A stretch of 42,279 bases of DNA from a virus: the IMG/VR virus record IMGVR_UViG_3300003311_000002, positions 1-42,279 of that record, one strand, 5' to 3'. The position numbers and the translations under genes are program-made. Below are positions 7,926 to 17,218 of the stretch, piece after piece; position 1 is the stretch's first letter, and every line of letters starts with the position of its first letter. Below the pieces are notes generated by a model. That model saw only the letters and a list, made by a program, of their open reading frames with translations. It made no database searches and was not told the DNA's origin.

Positions 7926-9697
7926 TAAGCCTCTATCAATTCACATTTCACCAAGCCGATACGTCTTTTCTGAAGTGTTCCTTCTACTTTCCGAAGGAAG
8001 AATTTTTTACCTCGGATGTATTTCTTCCTTTGATACTTCATGTTTTTTAAATCCAATTCGCTCAACCTGAAATTTCCCTTCAGTACCATTTTATCTTTCT
8101 CGATGTAGGTCTTGAATTCTTTATGGAACTTTTCAATCAATCCGTTTGGTCCTTCCCATGCAAGAGAGTAGTTTGAGTTTTGCGCTCCGGAAAGATCCTT
8201 ATCGAAAGGTGAAAGGAATGGATAGTGATTTGAGTAAGTACCGGTATTGTCAAGTTTACCATCGGCAGTCTTGATCCATCCACGGTTGAAGCCAATAAAT
8301 GGAGCGACATTGTTTTCATTCCTATCGTTCGTGAAAAATGGCACGTACCATGGTGATTTTGGAATTCCTCCATTGTAGCTATTCTCTGTCCAATACTCAG
8401 CTATCCCCATCGGCATAGGTGCAACGGATGAAACCATGCTGTATGTGTCATCACCTTCGGTATTTCCTCCTAATCCTGACTTCTTCAATTTGTATTCAAA
8501 CTCGTCCGGATCATCTTCATTTTCCTTTGACTTCAATTTTTTCTCATAAACCTCTCCGGTTGATTTGATACGGTAGGTTCCTGCATTGGCAGAAAGTAAA
8601 GCGTTGATGTGATCCAATTCCACACCACTGCCTTCTTCCTCATTAGTTTCTCCATGATCGGAATAGCCATAGGTATAAGTTTGTCCGGATTCATAACTGA
8701 TCACTGGTGTACCTACAAGCTTGTTGCTCCAATCTTCCACCTCAGTACTTTCCAAAATCTCTTTGTTGTGGATGATGTCCCACTTGCCATCGGATCGGGG
8801 CATGAGTGAGAAACAGAATATTTTCAATAGGTCCTTCAGGAAATCATTGAAAGCATACGAATTCAAAAAGGAATTCAAATAAAAATGATTCGGTGATGTT
8901 TGGTAAGTGTTATCCAGGAGAATCCCTTTATACGAACTCATCAGTGAATCTGTGAACAACTTATGGAATGAGGTGGCCATTACCAAGGTTTTCAACTCTG
9001 AATCTGTTTTGAAAGGATTTGCTGCCAAAGAATCACCAAATATGATATCGAGCAAATGATGTACGTATGGTTGCGGAAATATTGCCGTATGAATATTGGT
9101 TGCTCCGCCTTTCATCAGGTAATCACCATCTACCACATTGAAGAAATTGAAGTACATTTTTGTTGCTGCGTAATTACCGAACGATCCCTGGTGTTCAGGA
9201 TATGGCCACTCTTCATCTTCAATACGAATCGGACAACAGGCAAATTTATCATTGGAAGTGGCATTGTTGAAAATGGTTTCTTTGTAGAGCTTTGCCCATC
9301 CCGAATTGAAATCCGGAAAGAAACGAGATCCATCACCAAAATTGAAATGGTCCATTGTGATATCTCTCAATTTTTTTCGAACGGCACCAGGTAACTGATC
9401 ACCCTGAAAATTCAGCTTCAACTTTTTTTCAACTTCCTGAAAATTCAGTTTCCCCATCAGGAAGGTTACAGAATTAAACAGGGCATTGCTTGCAATTTCT
9501 TTCTTAATACCCGTGGAGTTCAATCGCTGCGGATTTCCAAAGGCAGCGTAATTCTCCTTTGTTCCGGGAAGAGTAAAACTCATGGAATATGGTGCCGGTA
9601 TTCGATCCTGAAGTAAGAATGGATTTTCCCAAGTCATATCTACCGATATGTCTTCAGGCAATTGCAAGCGTTTTTTATTGGCATATAATTCAAGCAT
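7925..9697 (-). CDS. Tail tip / baseplate protein (positional call)
   Basis: 590-aa ORF directly after the tape measure gene and before the tail fibre gene. No motif recognised. Confidence 0.5.
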   Translation of the reverse strand: MLELYANKKRLQLPEDISVDMTWENPFLLQDRIPAPYSMSFTLPGTKENYAAFGNPQRLNSTGIKKEIASNALFNSVTFLMGKLNFQEVEKKLKLNFQGDQLPGAVRKKLRDITMDHFNFGDGSRFFPDFNSGWAKLYKETIFNNATSNDKFACCPIRIEDEEWPYPEHQGSFGNYAATKMYFNFFNVVDGDYLMKGGATNIHTAIFPQPYVHHLLDIIFGDSLAANPFKTDSELKTLVMATSFHKLFTDSLMSSYKGILLDNTYQTSPNHFYLNSFLNSYAFNDFLKDLLKIFCFSLMPRSDGKWDIIHNKEILESTEVEDWSNKLVGTPVISYESGQTYTYGYSDHGETNEEEGSGVELDHINALLSANAGTYRIKSTGEVYEKKLKSKENEDDPDEFEYKLKKSGLGGNTEGDDTYSMVSSVAPMPMGIAEYWTENSYNGGIPKSPWYVPFFTNDRNENNVAPFIGFNRGWIKTADGKLDNTGTYSNHYPFLSPFDKDLSGAQNSNYSLAWEGPNGLIEKFHKEFKTYIEKDKMVLKGNFRLSELDLKNMKYQRKKYIRGKKFFLRKVEGTLQKRRIGLVKCELIEA

Positions 9698-9700
9698 AGG

Positions 9701-12700
9701 TTACAAGTTTGCTGCGTTCTTAATCGTTTCGACTTCCTCTTCCATTTCCTCCAGTTCCTTATAAATAAGAACTGCACGGATACCTTTTTTCAATATGGTA
9801 TTCAACTCCTGGGTTGTTGCTGTGGATTGCTGAAGAATGGAAATTATTGAATTGTCATCGGTTGAATCTGATGGTTCTGGAGTTGTTTCTGAAGGTGTAT
9901 AACCTCCCTGTTCTCTTCCTTCAGCTACCATACTACTGGTGACAGCAGGCAAGTTCAAAGTTTCAATTGTACCGGCACGCTGAGCTGCATCGATCACATC
10001 GAGATAAGGCTTAACCGTTGGATTCTTAACTGCTGCACCATTGGCCACAAATTCTGGATCCTTCTCTCCAACGATTACAGTTGGCTTATCAATGAAGCCA
10101 CGGCGTTTGGCTTGAAATCTTGCCCGAAACTCTTTGTTATCCTGGGCACGGCGAACTTTGGTGAAACCACCTTCTTCAAAACCTTGAATAGTTTGAGCTG
10201 CTATTTTTGCAGTTTGCAGTACTGCAGAAGCTGTATTAATACCAACCCAAGGCTGACCTGCAGTTAAAGGCATAGCTGCAACAGCCTTTGCATTCGCTAT
10301 TCCTGTATGAAACCAAACTCGACCAATAGCCATTGCTTGTTCGGCAACAAACAACATCTTACCAAGGGCTGTTTCTTCTCCTACAATAGTGCGAAGTGTA
10401 GCTAAACCATTCATGGCTAAATCTAATTCAGCCTCTTTAATCGCTACTTTTGCTCTTAGCCTATCATTTTCAATCTTTTTAACGTCATCCTCATACTTAC
10501 GCTTGGCCTGTAGTTCTTTTAATCGATTACCATTGGCAGCCTTGAATTCCTGGTCATATCGTTCTTTTGTAAGATTGAATTGCGCCTGCCATTTTGCCTC
10601 GTCGGTTTCAGCTTCAAGAATATCAGCTTCTAACTCCTCAATGGTGGAAGCTTCTTTATAAGCATCTTTAATTGCTTTTTTTGCAAGTTGATATTCCTCT
10701 TCAGATATTAATTCCCGATTGTGATAATCCTCTAATTGTCTTAATGCTTCATTGTACTTCTCACCATCTTTTTCAAGTCCATACTGTTTTCGGATAGCTG
10801 CAAGTTGCTCCTGAGCTTTGAGATAAGCCGCTATTTCTCTATCCATTTGAGCCTCGAATTCCTTATCATCTGATCCATCATCTTTGAATGGCTTGATTTT
10901 GATAGTTCCAAGTTCCTTCAATCTTTTTATTTCATCTTCAATAGTCTTTATATACAAGTTTTTAGACGCAATCTCTTTTTCTGTTGATTCTGGCATCTCC
11001 TTTGCCAGAGCTAGCTGATTCTCTAATTCTTTTATTAGAGATTTAGTTGTAGTAACAACAGGAGGTGGATTTGTTGATGAATTAATAGAGGCTAAATAGT
11101 TCTTAACGATACCATTCATTTTTTCAAGAGAGAGCCCTGTTTTATTACTAATTTCTGCTTCAGTAAGACCTATGTCTTTTAGCTTGAGAAGTGTTTTGGC
11201 CAGTTCAGTATTCTTCTCTTTTATTACGCCCTGTTGATCACGGATGGCCTTTAGGTTGTTATTCTCAATTTTCGATCGCTCCATTCCAGTGTTATTAATA
11301 ACAGTCTGCATTTTAGTTTCGTCGGTGAGAAGTTCATTCCTGGCTTTAATTTGGCCGTTGGCACGTTCAATATCCATCACGTAATCATCAATTCCATCGA
11401 TAAGATTGTCGATGACTTCTTCTTTCATTTCAAGGTTTAATAATCGTTGAGCCTCTCGAGCTTCTTTTATTTTATCCTTGTTAATGCCAATTGCATCACC
11501 ATATTTATTAAACTCTGTTATTGCAGTTGGAACAATATTCCCAATATCACGAATAGCTGAATTCAATTGAATTTGCTCTTCTTTGGTTAAGTTCCCTTTG
11601 GTTTTTAGAGTATCGTAAGTTCCTAATAGACTGGATAGTGTTTTCTTTTCATTTGCAAACTGTTTTTCAATCTTTTGCAAATCATCAACCTGTTTAAGCA
11701 AACGATCACTGGAAGAAGTAATTAGGTAGTTAGCCACATCTTCTTTCAATTGTCTCCACCATAGAGAAATTGATTTTTGTAAGCGAATTAACTGGTTACC
11801 TTTCTTTTGATATGCGGTTTGTGCATCTGCTGACTTTTTATATAATAAATCGAGAGTGGCCAATGCTTGAGCCTGTGCTTTTGTAGCCCCTTCCTCTGCC
11901 ATTTTTTGTTTCACGAGGTTTCGATATTCTTCACTATCCATTTTAATGGCAATACCAAGCTGCTTTAATTGTTCCATTTCACCAAGCATAGCCTTGGTTA
12001 AAATATTACTCACTTCAGAAACTCCTAACTTACCGGCAGTCCATTCATCCAATGCACCTGCAAGACCTTGTACTTGCGAAGCCATATCAGCAGCCTTTTT
12101 TCTCGTAAAATCAAGAGGAACAAGTAAGTCAGCTGTATTGGCAACCATACTCACAAACTCACGATTTGTAACACCCATTTTTTCAGCAAGCCCTTCAGCC
12201 TGACCTTCTACATAGCCTAACTGATCACCCAGTACAGTTGTAGAGCGAATGGCTTCACCCTGTATAGTTTTGGAAAGATTAAATATCTCAACTCCTGCAG
12301 TTTTGATCCAACCAACAAAAGTCGCTATCCCGGCAGCAGGAAGAATATTAACAGCAACACGCTTTAATCCAGTCAAAACGGACATACTGCTCTTTGAACC
12401 ATGCTTAACTTTATCCAATTGCTTTTCTGTTGCAATTAATTGCTTGTTCAGTTTATTCCATTTTTCAGGCTCAAGTTTTTTCGATGTACCACTAAGTGCT
12501 GCACCTAATTCTATTGAGCGTTTACGTAGTTGCCTTTTTGACATCTCCGTAAGCTTCAATTTAGAATTTAGCTCCTCCAATTTTCCTCTTTGGATGGTAA
12601 GCAGCTTATTGTTGATTTTATGCTGATTATTCAATTCCTTCCATGCCGGAGAATTCTTTTTGCCTTGCGCCTCGAGCTTGGCCATCTCGTATTTTAGCCG

Positions 12701-12817
12701 CTTATTGGTAGCAGCCAATTCGGCGATACGTTTATTCACTTTACCTAAATCTGCCTGAACTTTATGAGCACCTGCAGTTCTTACTTCAGCTTCAATGATA
12801 TCTTTCTGAAAACTCAT
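9701..12817 (-). CDS. Tape measure protein
   Basis: 1038 aa. Long coiled-coil, Lys/Glu-rich sequence with a hydrophobic Gly/Ala-rich segment. Position upstream of the baseplate and fibre genes. Confidence 0.8.
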   Translation of the reverse strand: MSFQKDIIEAEVRTAGAHKVQADLGKVNKRIAELAATNKRLKYEMAKLEAQGKKNSPAWKELNNQHKINNKLLTIQRGKLEELNSKLKLTEMSKRQLRKRSIELGAALSGTSKKLEPEKWNKLNKQLIATEKQLDKVKHGSKSSMSVLTGLKRVAVNILPAAGIATFVGWIKTAGVEIFNLSKTIQGEAIRSTTVLGDQLGYVEGQAEGLAEKMGVTNREFVSMVANTADLLVPLDFTRKKAADMASQVQGLAGALDEWTAGKLGVSEVSNILTKAMLGEMEQLKQLGIAIKMDSEEYRNLVKQKMAEEGATKAQAQALATLDLLYKKSADAQTAYQKKGNQLIRLQKSISLWWRQLKEDVANYLITSSSDRLLKQVDDLQKIEKQFANEKKTLSSLLGTYDTLKTKGNLTKEEQIQLNSAIRDIGNIVPTAITEFNKYGDAIGINKDKIKEAREAQRLLNLEMKEEVIDNLIDGIDDYVMDIERANGQIKARNELLTDETKMQTVINNTGMERSKIENNNLKAIRDQQGVIKEKNTELAKTLLKLKDIGLTEAEISNKTGLSLEKMNGIVKNYLASINSSTNPPPVVTTTKSLIKELENQLALAKEMPESTEKEIASKNLYIKTIEDEIKRLKELGTIKIKPFKDDGSDDKEFEAQMDREIAAYLKAQEQLAAIRKQYGLEKDGEKYNEALRQLEDYHNRELISEEEYQLAKKAIKDAYKEASTIEELEADILEAETDEAKWQAQFNLTKERYDQEFKAANGNRLKELQAKRKYEDDVKKIENDRLRAKVAIKEAELDLAMNGLATLRTIVGEETALGKMLFVAEQAMAIGRVWFHTGIANAKAVAAMPLTAGQPWVGINTASAVLQTAKIAAQTIQGFEEGGFTKVRRAQDNKEFRARFQAKRRGFIDKPTVIVGEKDPEFVANGAAVKNPTVKPYLDVIDAAQRAGTIETLNLPAVTSSMVAEGREQGGYTPSETTPEPSDSTDDNSIISILQQSTATTQELNTILKKGIRAVLIYKELEEMEEEVETIKNAANL

Positions 12818-13230
12818 ACCTCAATCGGATTTTTAAATGTTGCTTTTAGAGGTGTAGTAAAGTTGTCTCGTATAGTGGTGTTTAGTCCATATCTCAACTG
12901 TGAATAGACATAGCCATAGATATATCCATAAAGTGGTTTGTTGTAGATAGGATGGTGAACTTTCTTCTTTTTGCCTGTTGTGGTTTTCTTCAGGTCCAAA
13001 AAACGGATGCGTGTTAGGTAATTAATTATTAGCCTGGCACCGACAGCAGTTTTCATCACAGAAAAATTACGTCCGCTTAAATTCGATACCAAAGAACCGG
13101 AGCGACGGTTGTAGTAGGTTTTTGCAATAGCAGCCTGTTCTTTAGTGATACCTTCACCGGCCTCGTAAAAAACCGAAGCGGCATGGTCTGATAATGAATT
13201 GATTTTCTTTTTATACTGCTGTGAGATCAT
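12814..13230 (-). CDS. Hypothetical virion/tail assembly protein (138 aa)
   Basis: ATGA overlap with the tape measure start. Preceded by a late-promoter-like element. Confidence 0.6.
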   Translation of the reverse strand: MISQQYKKKINSLSDHAASVFYEAGEGITKEQAAIAKTYYNRRSGSLVSNLSGRNFSVMKTAVGARLIINYLTRIRFLDLKKTTTGKKKKVHHPIYNKPLYGYIYGYVYSQLRYGLNTTIRDNFTTPLKATFKNPIEV

Positions 13231-13234
13231 ACCA

Positions 13235-13272
13235 TAAATAAAGGCAGACCTTGAGGGAAAGTAAAGGACAAA
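13235..13272 (-). promoter_or_regulatory. Late-promoter-like element TTTGTCCTTT-N20-TTTATTTA (weaker -7 box)
   Basis: - strand reads TTTGTCCTTT ACTTTCCCTCAAGGTCTGCC TTTATTTA, only 4 nt before the ATG at 13230. This implies a leaderless or near-leaderless mRNA. Confidence 0.45.
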
Positions 13273-13273
13273 G

Positions 13274-13299
13274 AAAAAGCCCTGGAGTTATTCCAGGGC
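13274..13299 (-). terminator. Intrinsic terminator after the 100-aa membrane protein gene
   Basis: gccctgga/tccagggc stem (13279..13299) followed on the - strand by UUUUU. The stop codon lies in the loop. Confidence 0.65.
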
Positions 13300-13590
13300 C
13301 TCTTTAAGGTAATTTAATCGTTTATTGATTTCGTTATTTATCCATGCCGGGACAGGATCTTTGAGTTGATTACATATCTCGAGATATTTCTCCAGTACTT
13401 CAGTTCTGAATTCTGAGGATATGAATTCTTTAACCCGAGCCTGATCAGCGTATAGTGGGTGAGGAAAATCTACATTGAAATTTAAATGAGCATCATCGTA
13501 TTTCTCGATTAAACGATTGTCTCGAGCTTTGGATACTTGCCAAATAATTAAGCAGATGATTCCTGTTGTTACTATTATTCCTAGTGTCAT
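13288..13590 (-). CDS. Single-pass membrane-anchored protein (100 aa), accessory
   Basis: N-terminal hydrophobic helix MTLGIIVTTGIICLIIW followed by a soluble domain, then its own terminator. Confidence 0.65.
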   Translation of the reverse strand: MTLGIIVTTGIICLIIWQVSKARDNRLIEKYDDAHLNFNVDFPHPLYADQARVKEFISSEFRTEVLEKYLEICNQLKDPVPAWINNEINKRLNYLKEALE

Positions 13591-13599
13591 AGGCTAAAA

Positions 13600-13875
13600 T
13601 TACAGCTTTTTAATCAACATCCATTTAAATGAAAATTTGAATTTACCCGGCTCTACACTACAGTTAAATCCTTCCTCTTTAAGTAGATCATAGATTTTCG
13701 ATTTATCGAGAGTTACTCCAGGATTTAATTCCTGGAGAGCTTCGAAAATTTCATTCGTACTTAAAAAATCAGTAGCCTGATCGATAGAGTTGGCCGGTTG
13801 ATAGTATTGCCCGAATACCTGTAAGGCTTCGTGCATAAATTGATCTGTATTTTGAGTATTATCTGGTTCGTTCAT
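13600..13875 (-). CDS. Hypothetical protein (91 aa)
   Basis: ATG ORF in the co-directional array. Confidence 0.55.
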   Translation of the reverse strand: MNEPDNTQNTDQFMHEALQVFGQYYQPANSIDQATDFLSTNEIFEALQELNPGVTLDKSKIYDLLKEEGFNCSVEPGKFKFSFKWMLIKKL

Positions 13876-13886
13876 GATTGGTGAAA

Positions 13887-14078
13887 TTAAGCATTTAATT
13901 CAATTGGTGTTTGTCCTTCAGAGGTAAAGTAATTCTTTGCTTTCATGTTTTGAAGCTTCGCCTTAGCACGCAATACACGTTGTCGACTAGCTTCCATTAG
14001 TGAGCGATACTGATTAAATTCCTCACGGTATGCTTCAACTAATTTTTCTTGATTCTCTATTTCCATTGCAGGTATCAT
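13887..14078 (-). CDS. Hypothetical coiled-coil protein (63 aa)
   Basis: ATG ORF. Its start overlaps the stop of the upstream gene by 4 nt. Confidence 0.5.
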   Translation of the reverse strand: MIPAMEIENQEKLVEAYREEFNQYRSLMEASRQRVLRAKAKLQNMKAKNYFTSEGQTPIELNA

Positions 14079-14653
14079 ACTTCACCTCCTTTCTCTAATA
14101 TGCGTTCATCAGCAATTTTAAAAGGGGAAAACTCTAATGCAGCACGTATTGTACATACTTCAACATCAGCAACAATTTTCTTTGCGAATATTCTGTTTTC
14201 AGCATATTCAATAGCCTTATGCATATCAGGAGCGGTAAGGAAGAGAGTGATCAGGTTGGAGTCACACTTAAAATCGAAAACAAAATTATCTCCTGGTAAC
14301 CACACTTCAATTTTAGGTTCGTAGCTGAGCCATTGTATTCCTTCTGGTGTATCCGAATGATAATCCAACTCAACACTCACTTCATACATAGACGAAGTCG
14401 ATGGTTTAGCAAAATTACAGGCTTCAATAAAATTATCTTCTGGAATCCTACCTTTACCAAAACAGTAATGGGCGATTACAGAACTCCACGGAAAAATCAA
14501 TTCTTCAGAAATATGCACTTTGTATATTTCTATTTCTCCTTTGCCTACAACTTCAATATTGTAAACCTCTTGAAGTTTTTCGGATATGGTATCCGATTGC
14601 AGGGCATGATGATAATATCTGCCCTCATTGTGTAAAATCACAAATGATTTCAT
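14075..14653 (-). CDS. Hypothetical protein (192 aa), accessory
   Basis: ATG ORF with no structural-protein features recognised. Confidence 0.6.
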   Translation of the reverse strand: MKSFVILHNEGRYYHHALQSDTISEKLQEVYNIEVVGKGEIEIYKVHISEELIFPWSSVIAHYCFGKGRIPEDNFIEACNFAKPSTSSMYEVSVELDYHSDTPEGIQWLSYEPKIEVWLPGDNFVFDFKCDSNLITLFLTAPDMHKAIEYAENRIFAKKIVADVEVCTIRAALEFSPFKIADERILEKGGEV

Positions 14654-14681
14654 AATTTTATAACGTTTTTAATTAAACATG

Positions 14682-14730
14682 TCCCCTGCGATGGTGTTGG
14701 CGCACCGCTTGAGCAGGGGATTTTTATTTA
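14682..14730. terminator. Hairpin terminator next to the HTH gene stop
   Basis: tcccctgc...gcagggga stem with inner ggtg/cacc pairing. T-run tttttattta on the + side and an A-run on the - side, so probably bidirectional. Confidence 0.5.
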
Positions 14731-14731
14731 C

Positions 14732-14920
14732 TCATCTTTTCGGCTTAAGTTTTTCCCAAACAAATATCATTGCTTTAGCCCAAGCCGGCAGTTCTTTATT
14801 TGGTTGAGTCATGGACTTTACCGAATCTGTTTTCAAGCCAGTGATATCAGCTATTGAAGCATTGGTAAGTCCTAACTCTTTTTTCATTTCTTTATATTTC
14901 TTGTGGTCACTCATAGTCAT
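14732..14920 (-). CDS. Small Xre-type helix-turn-helix protein (62 aa)
   Basis: LGLTNASIADITGLKTDSVKSM looks like an HTH. It has its own canonical promoter and a terminator. Confidence 0.6.
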   Translation of the reverse strand: MTMSDHKKYKEMKKELGLTNASIADITGLKTDSVKSMTQPNKELPAWAKAMIFVWEKLKPKR

Positions 14921-14940
14921 GTTTTATTCTTAGATATCAA

Positions 14941-14971
14941 CAAAGGTAAACTATATTTTACTTTGTGCAAA
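14941..14971 (-). promoter_or_regulatory. Canonical Bacteroidota sigma-A-type promoter TTTG-N19-TACCTTTG
   Basis: - strand reads TTTG CACAAAGTAAAATATAGTT TACCTTTG, about 20 nt upstream of the ATG at 14920. A degenerate duplicate of the unit (TACCTTTT) is at 14974..14981. Confidence 0.55.
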
Positions 14972-15020
14972 TAAAAAGGTAAATTATTTTTTACTTTTAT
15001 TATGAGATAGCAGTAAAAAG

Positions 15021-15048
15021 AAACCCTAACCAATAAGGCTAGGGTTTT
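15021..15048. terminator. Bidirectional hairpin terminator downstream of the lipoprotein gene
   Basis: aaaccctaacc/ggctagggttt stem with one mismatch, flanked by A- and T-runs. Confidence 0.55.
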
Positions 15049-15137
15049 AAAATTTTATTTGAAATTCTGTATTGGTTTAGAGTATTGATTTAAATTTTAA
15101 ACACTTACGTAATTACAGAAAAATTACAAAAGTAATT

Positions 15138-15632
15138 TTACCAATCATCATCAACTCCCTTCATTTTAGAATTTAAATTGGCAATCAACTTTGTTATATC
15201 AGAATCTATAGTATTTAGAATATTCGAAAAGAATTCAGCTTTCTTTTTCTTGGATTTAAACTTCTCATACGCTTGCTCATAATCTTCGTATGGAGTTCTT
15301 ACTCCATCAGTAACAACAGCAATATTGTCAATCGAATATTTATATCGACCATCTTTTACGAACACTTTAATTTGAAATTCATAATCAAACGGTACACTCA
15401 TTAACCCTTTATGATGCCCTGATCCCATACCTTTACCAATCAACTTCCCGGCAATTGGATCATCCATTTGTAAAACATCTTTGGCCGACTTGAAAGATTC
15501 GGCAAACCACTCTCGAGCTGAAGAATATAGTTGATCGGTTGTTTTTCCTTCAACAGTAACAACTTCTGAATACTCTTTTGAATATGCAGTTATACTGCAC
15601 AATAGCATGATTGCTAGTAATAGTTTTTTCAT
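15138..15632 (-). CDS. Secreted lipoprotein, DUF4468-like (moron)
   Basis: Signal peptide and lipobox region MKKLLLAIMLLCSITAYS. The overall sequence resembles Bacteroidota DUF4468 proteins (recalled from memory, not searched). Confidence 0.65.
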   Translation of the reverse strand: MKKLLLAIMLLCSITAYSKEYSEVVTVEGKTTDQLYSSAREWFAESFKSAKDVLQMDDPIAGKLIGKGMGSGHHKGLMSVPFDYEFQIKVFVKDGRYKYSIDNIAVVTDGVRTPYEDYEQAYEKFKSKKKKAEFFSNILNTIDSDITKLIANLNSKMKGVDDDW

Positions 15633-15683
15633 ACTTGGCGACTTTTATTAAAAATGAATTCTAAAATTAAGAAGACTTACCTA

Positions 15684-16232
15684 CTATACAAAATCAAAAC
15701 CTTCTTTACGGAAAGTCATGGTCCAACCAACTGATCCGTTTAGCTCTCGTGCTACAAAAGGGGAGATATCGTGATTATCGGAAAGATCTTTTAACCAAGG
15801 ATGTTGCTTTTGATTATCGATTAGGTTTTTACGAATTCGAAGTAAATAATCAAGAGTGATATCAGATAGGAGTACTTGATCGGCAATGTCATGATTATCT
15901 GAATTAATTGGAATTGCAACCGTAGCTGCAATATACATTCCTGTAGGCCTACGATTATAGCCATCAACTTCACTATTGATGTCTCCATAATCAATAAACA
16001 GATAGTATGAATTGAAATTGCTGATGTATTTTTTTATAATGTCTTCGTTAACTCCAAACAGGAAGTGCTTAATTTCTGGGATTAACGAATGCTCTTGCAA
16101 GTTTTGAATAGTTGTTTTAAAAGGTCCATAACCACTTAATTCCGAAGTTCCTTTATTGAAAGCTGCTTCAACTCCTAGTTTATCCGGGAATTTCGCAAAG
16201 AGCTTGAAAATATCTTGCATTATATTGCTCAT
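15684..16232 (-). CDS. Hypothetical virion protein (182 aa)
   Basis: ATG ORF with a 4-nt overlap with the upstream gene. Confidence 0.6.
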   Translation of the reverse strand: MSNIMQDIFKLFAKFPDKLGVEAAFNKGTSELSGYGPFKTTIQNLQEHSLIPEIKHFLFGVNEDIIKKYISNFNSYYLFIDYGDINSEVDGYNRRPTGMYIAATVAIPINSDNHDIADQVLLSDITLDYLLRIRKNLIDNQKQHPWLKDLSDNHDISPFVARELNGSVGWTMTFRKEGFDFV

Positions 16233-17218
16233 GATAAAATACGTTTTACCTGGTTAATACTTAATCCGGATTTGCTTGAAATTTCAGCAATATCCATATC
16301 GTACTCTTTCATCTTCTTTACAGAGTCGTATAAATCCTTCAGCATGATATCAAAGAATTTGGTTAATGGAAGGCGTTCAATTTTTTCAAAATCTCCAAAA
16401 TTGCGCTCAGTCAAATTATGAAGAGTATCATCAGCTCCAACGCTTAAACCACCTTTTTCGCTTGGTTTTCTTCTCCATAGTAAACCCCATTTGGTCTTTA
16501 ACTTGATGAAAGTAAGAAGAGCCTGAAAATTCAAGAGTACTGCATCCAGGAGAGTATTGTCGATATCCACTAATTCTTCAGCTCGATCGGCAACTACATC
16601 TGCATTGAAACTTTCTTTTTCTGGAGCATAAAGTGCAGCAACAAGCATCCTGAGATAAAGATTGTCTTGATTTGATTCGTACTGTTGCAGTAGCTCCGTA
16701 GCTAAATTGAATTGTGAAGCCACCAATGAAGTGTGAAGCATATTGCCTCGTAGGTTTAATTGATATCCTTTTAAATTGAGTTTTCCAATAGTGATATCAG
16801 GTAAAAGGTTTTTGCACCAACATGCAGCTATTTTATACTGATAGTCAAGTCGTGAAATATATCTAACCTCCGGTGTTTGCTCCAAATCTTCCGGCGGTGT
16901 AGTTTTCAATTTTCTGCGAAGTTCCGGAGAGATGTTATCCAGGGATCCGTCCGGATATTCAATATCAAAAATGAAAGTGAATTCACGTGACATCCGGTAA
17001 ATATTCTCGGAGAACAGATCCTTTTTCTTTCGATGAATCTTCATACCTGTTATTCCGGCAATATCGACCAACCATAAAGCCTTTACATCACTCACAGACA
17101 ACTTTTCCAATGAGTATTGCTGAAGTAATGGTAATAAGGTCATGTATTGATCCGGTGTCAAATCTTCCCACCTGTTTGGGAATTTATATTCGTTATCTCC
17201 AAAGTAAAAGCTGATCAT
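16229..17218 (-). CDS. Hypothetical virion protein (329 aa)
   Basis: ATG ORF, translationally coupled to its neighbours. Confidence 0.65.
   Translation of the reverse strand: MISFYFGDNEYKFPNRWEDLTPDQYMTLLPLLQQYSLEKLSVSDVKALWLVDIAGITGMKIHRKKKDLFSENIYRMSREFTFIFDIEYPDGSLDNISPELRRKLKTTPPEDLEQTPEVRYISRLDYQYKIAACWCKNLLPDITIGKLNLKGYQLNLRGNMLHTSLVASQFNLATELLQQYESNQDNLYLRMLVAALYAPEKESFNADVVADRAEELVDIDNTLLDAVLLNFQALLTFIKLKTKWGLLWRRKPSEKGGLSVGADDTLHNLTERNFGDFEKIERLPLTKFFDIMLKDLYDSVKKMKEYDMDIAEISSKSGLSINQVKRILS

Noticed and set aside
4151-12626. Numerous + strand ORFs of 60-170 aa inside the tail fibre, baseplate and tape measure genes (for example 5540..6055 and 12249..12626)
   Set aside because: They lie entirely antisense within long, well-supported - strand genes. 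Their composition is low-complexity or Ser/Cys/Phe-rich, so they are shadow ORFs.
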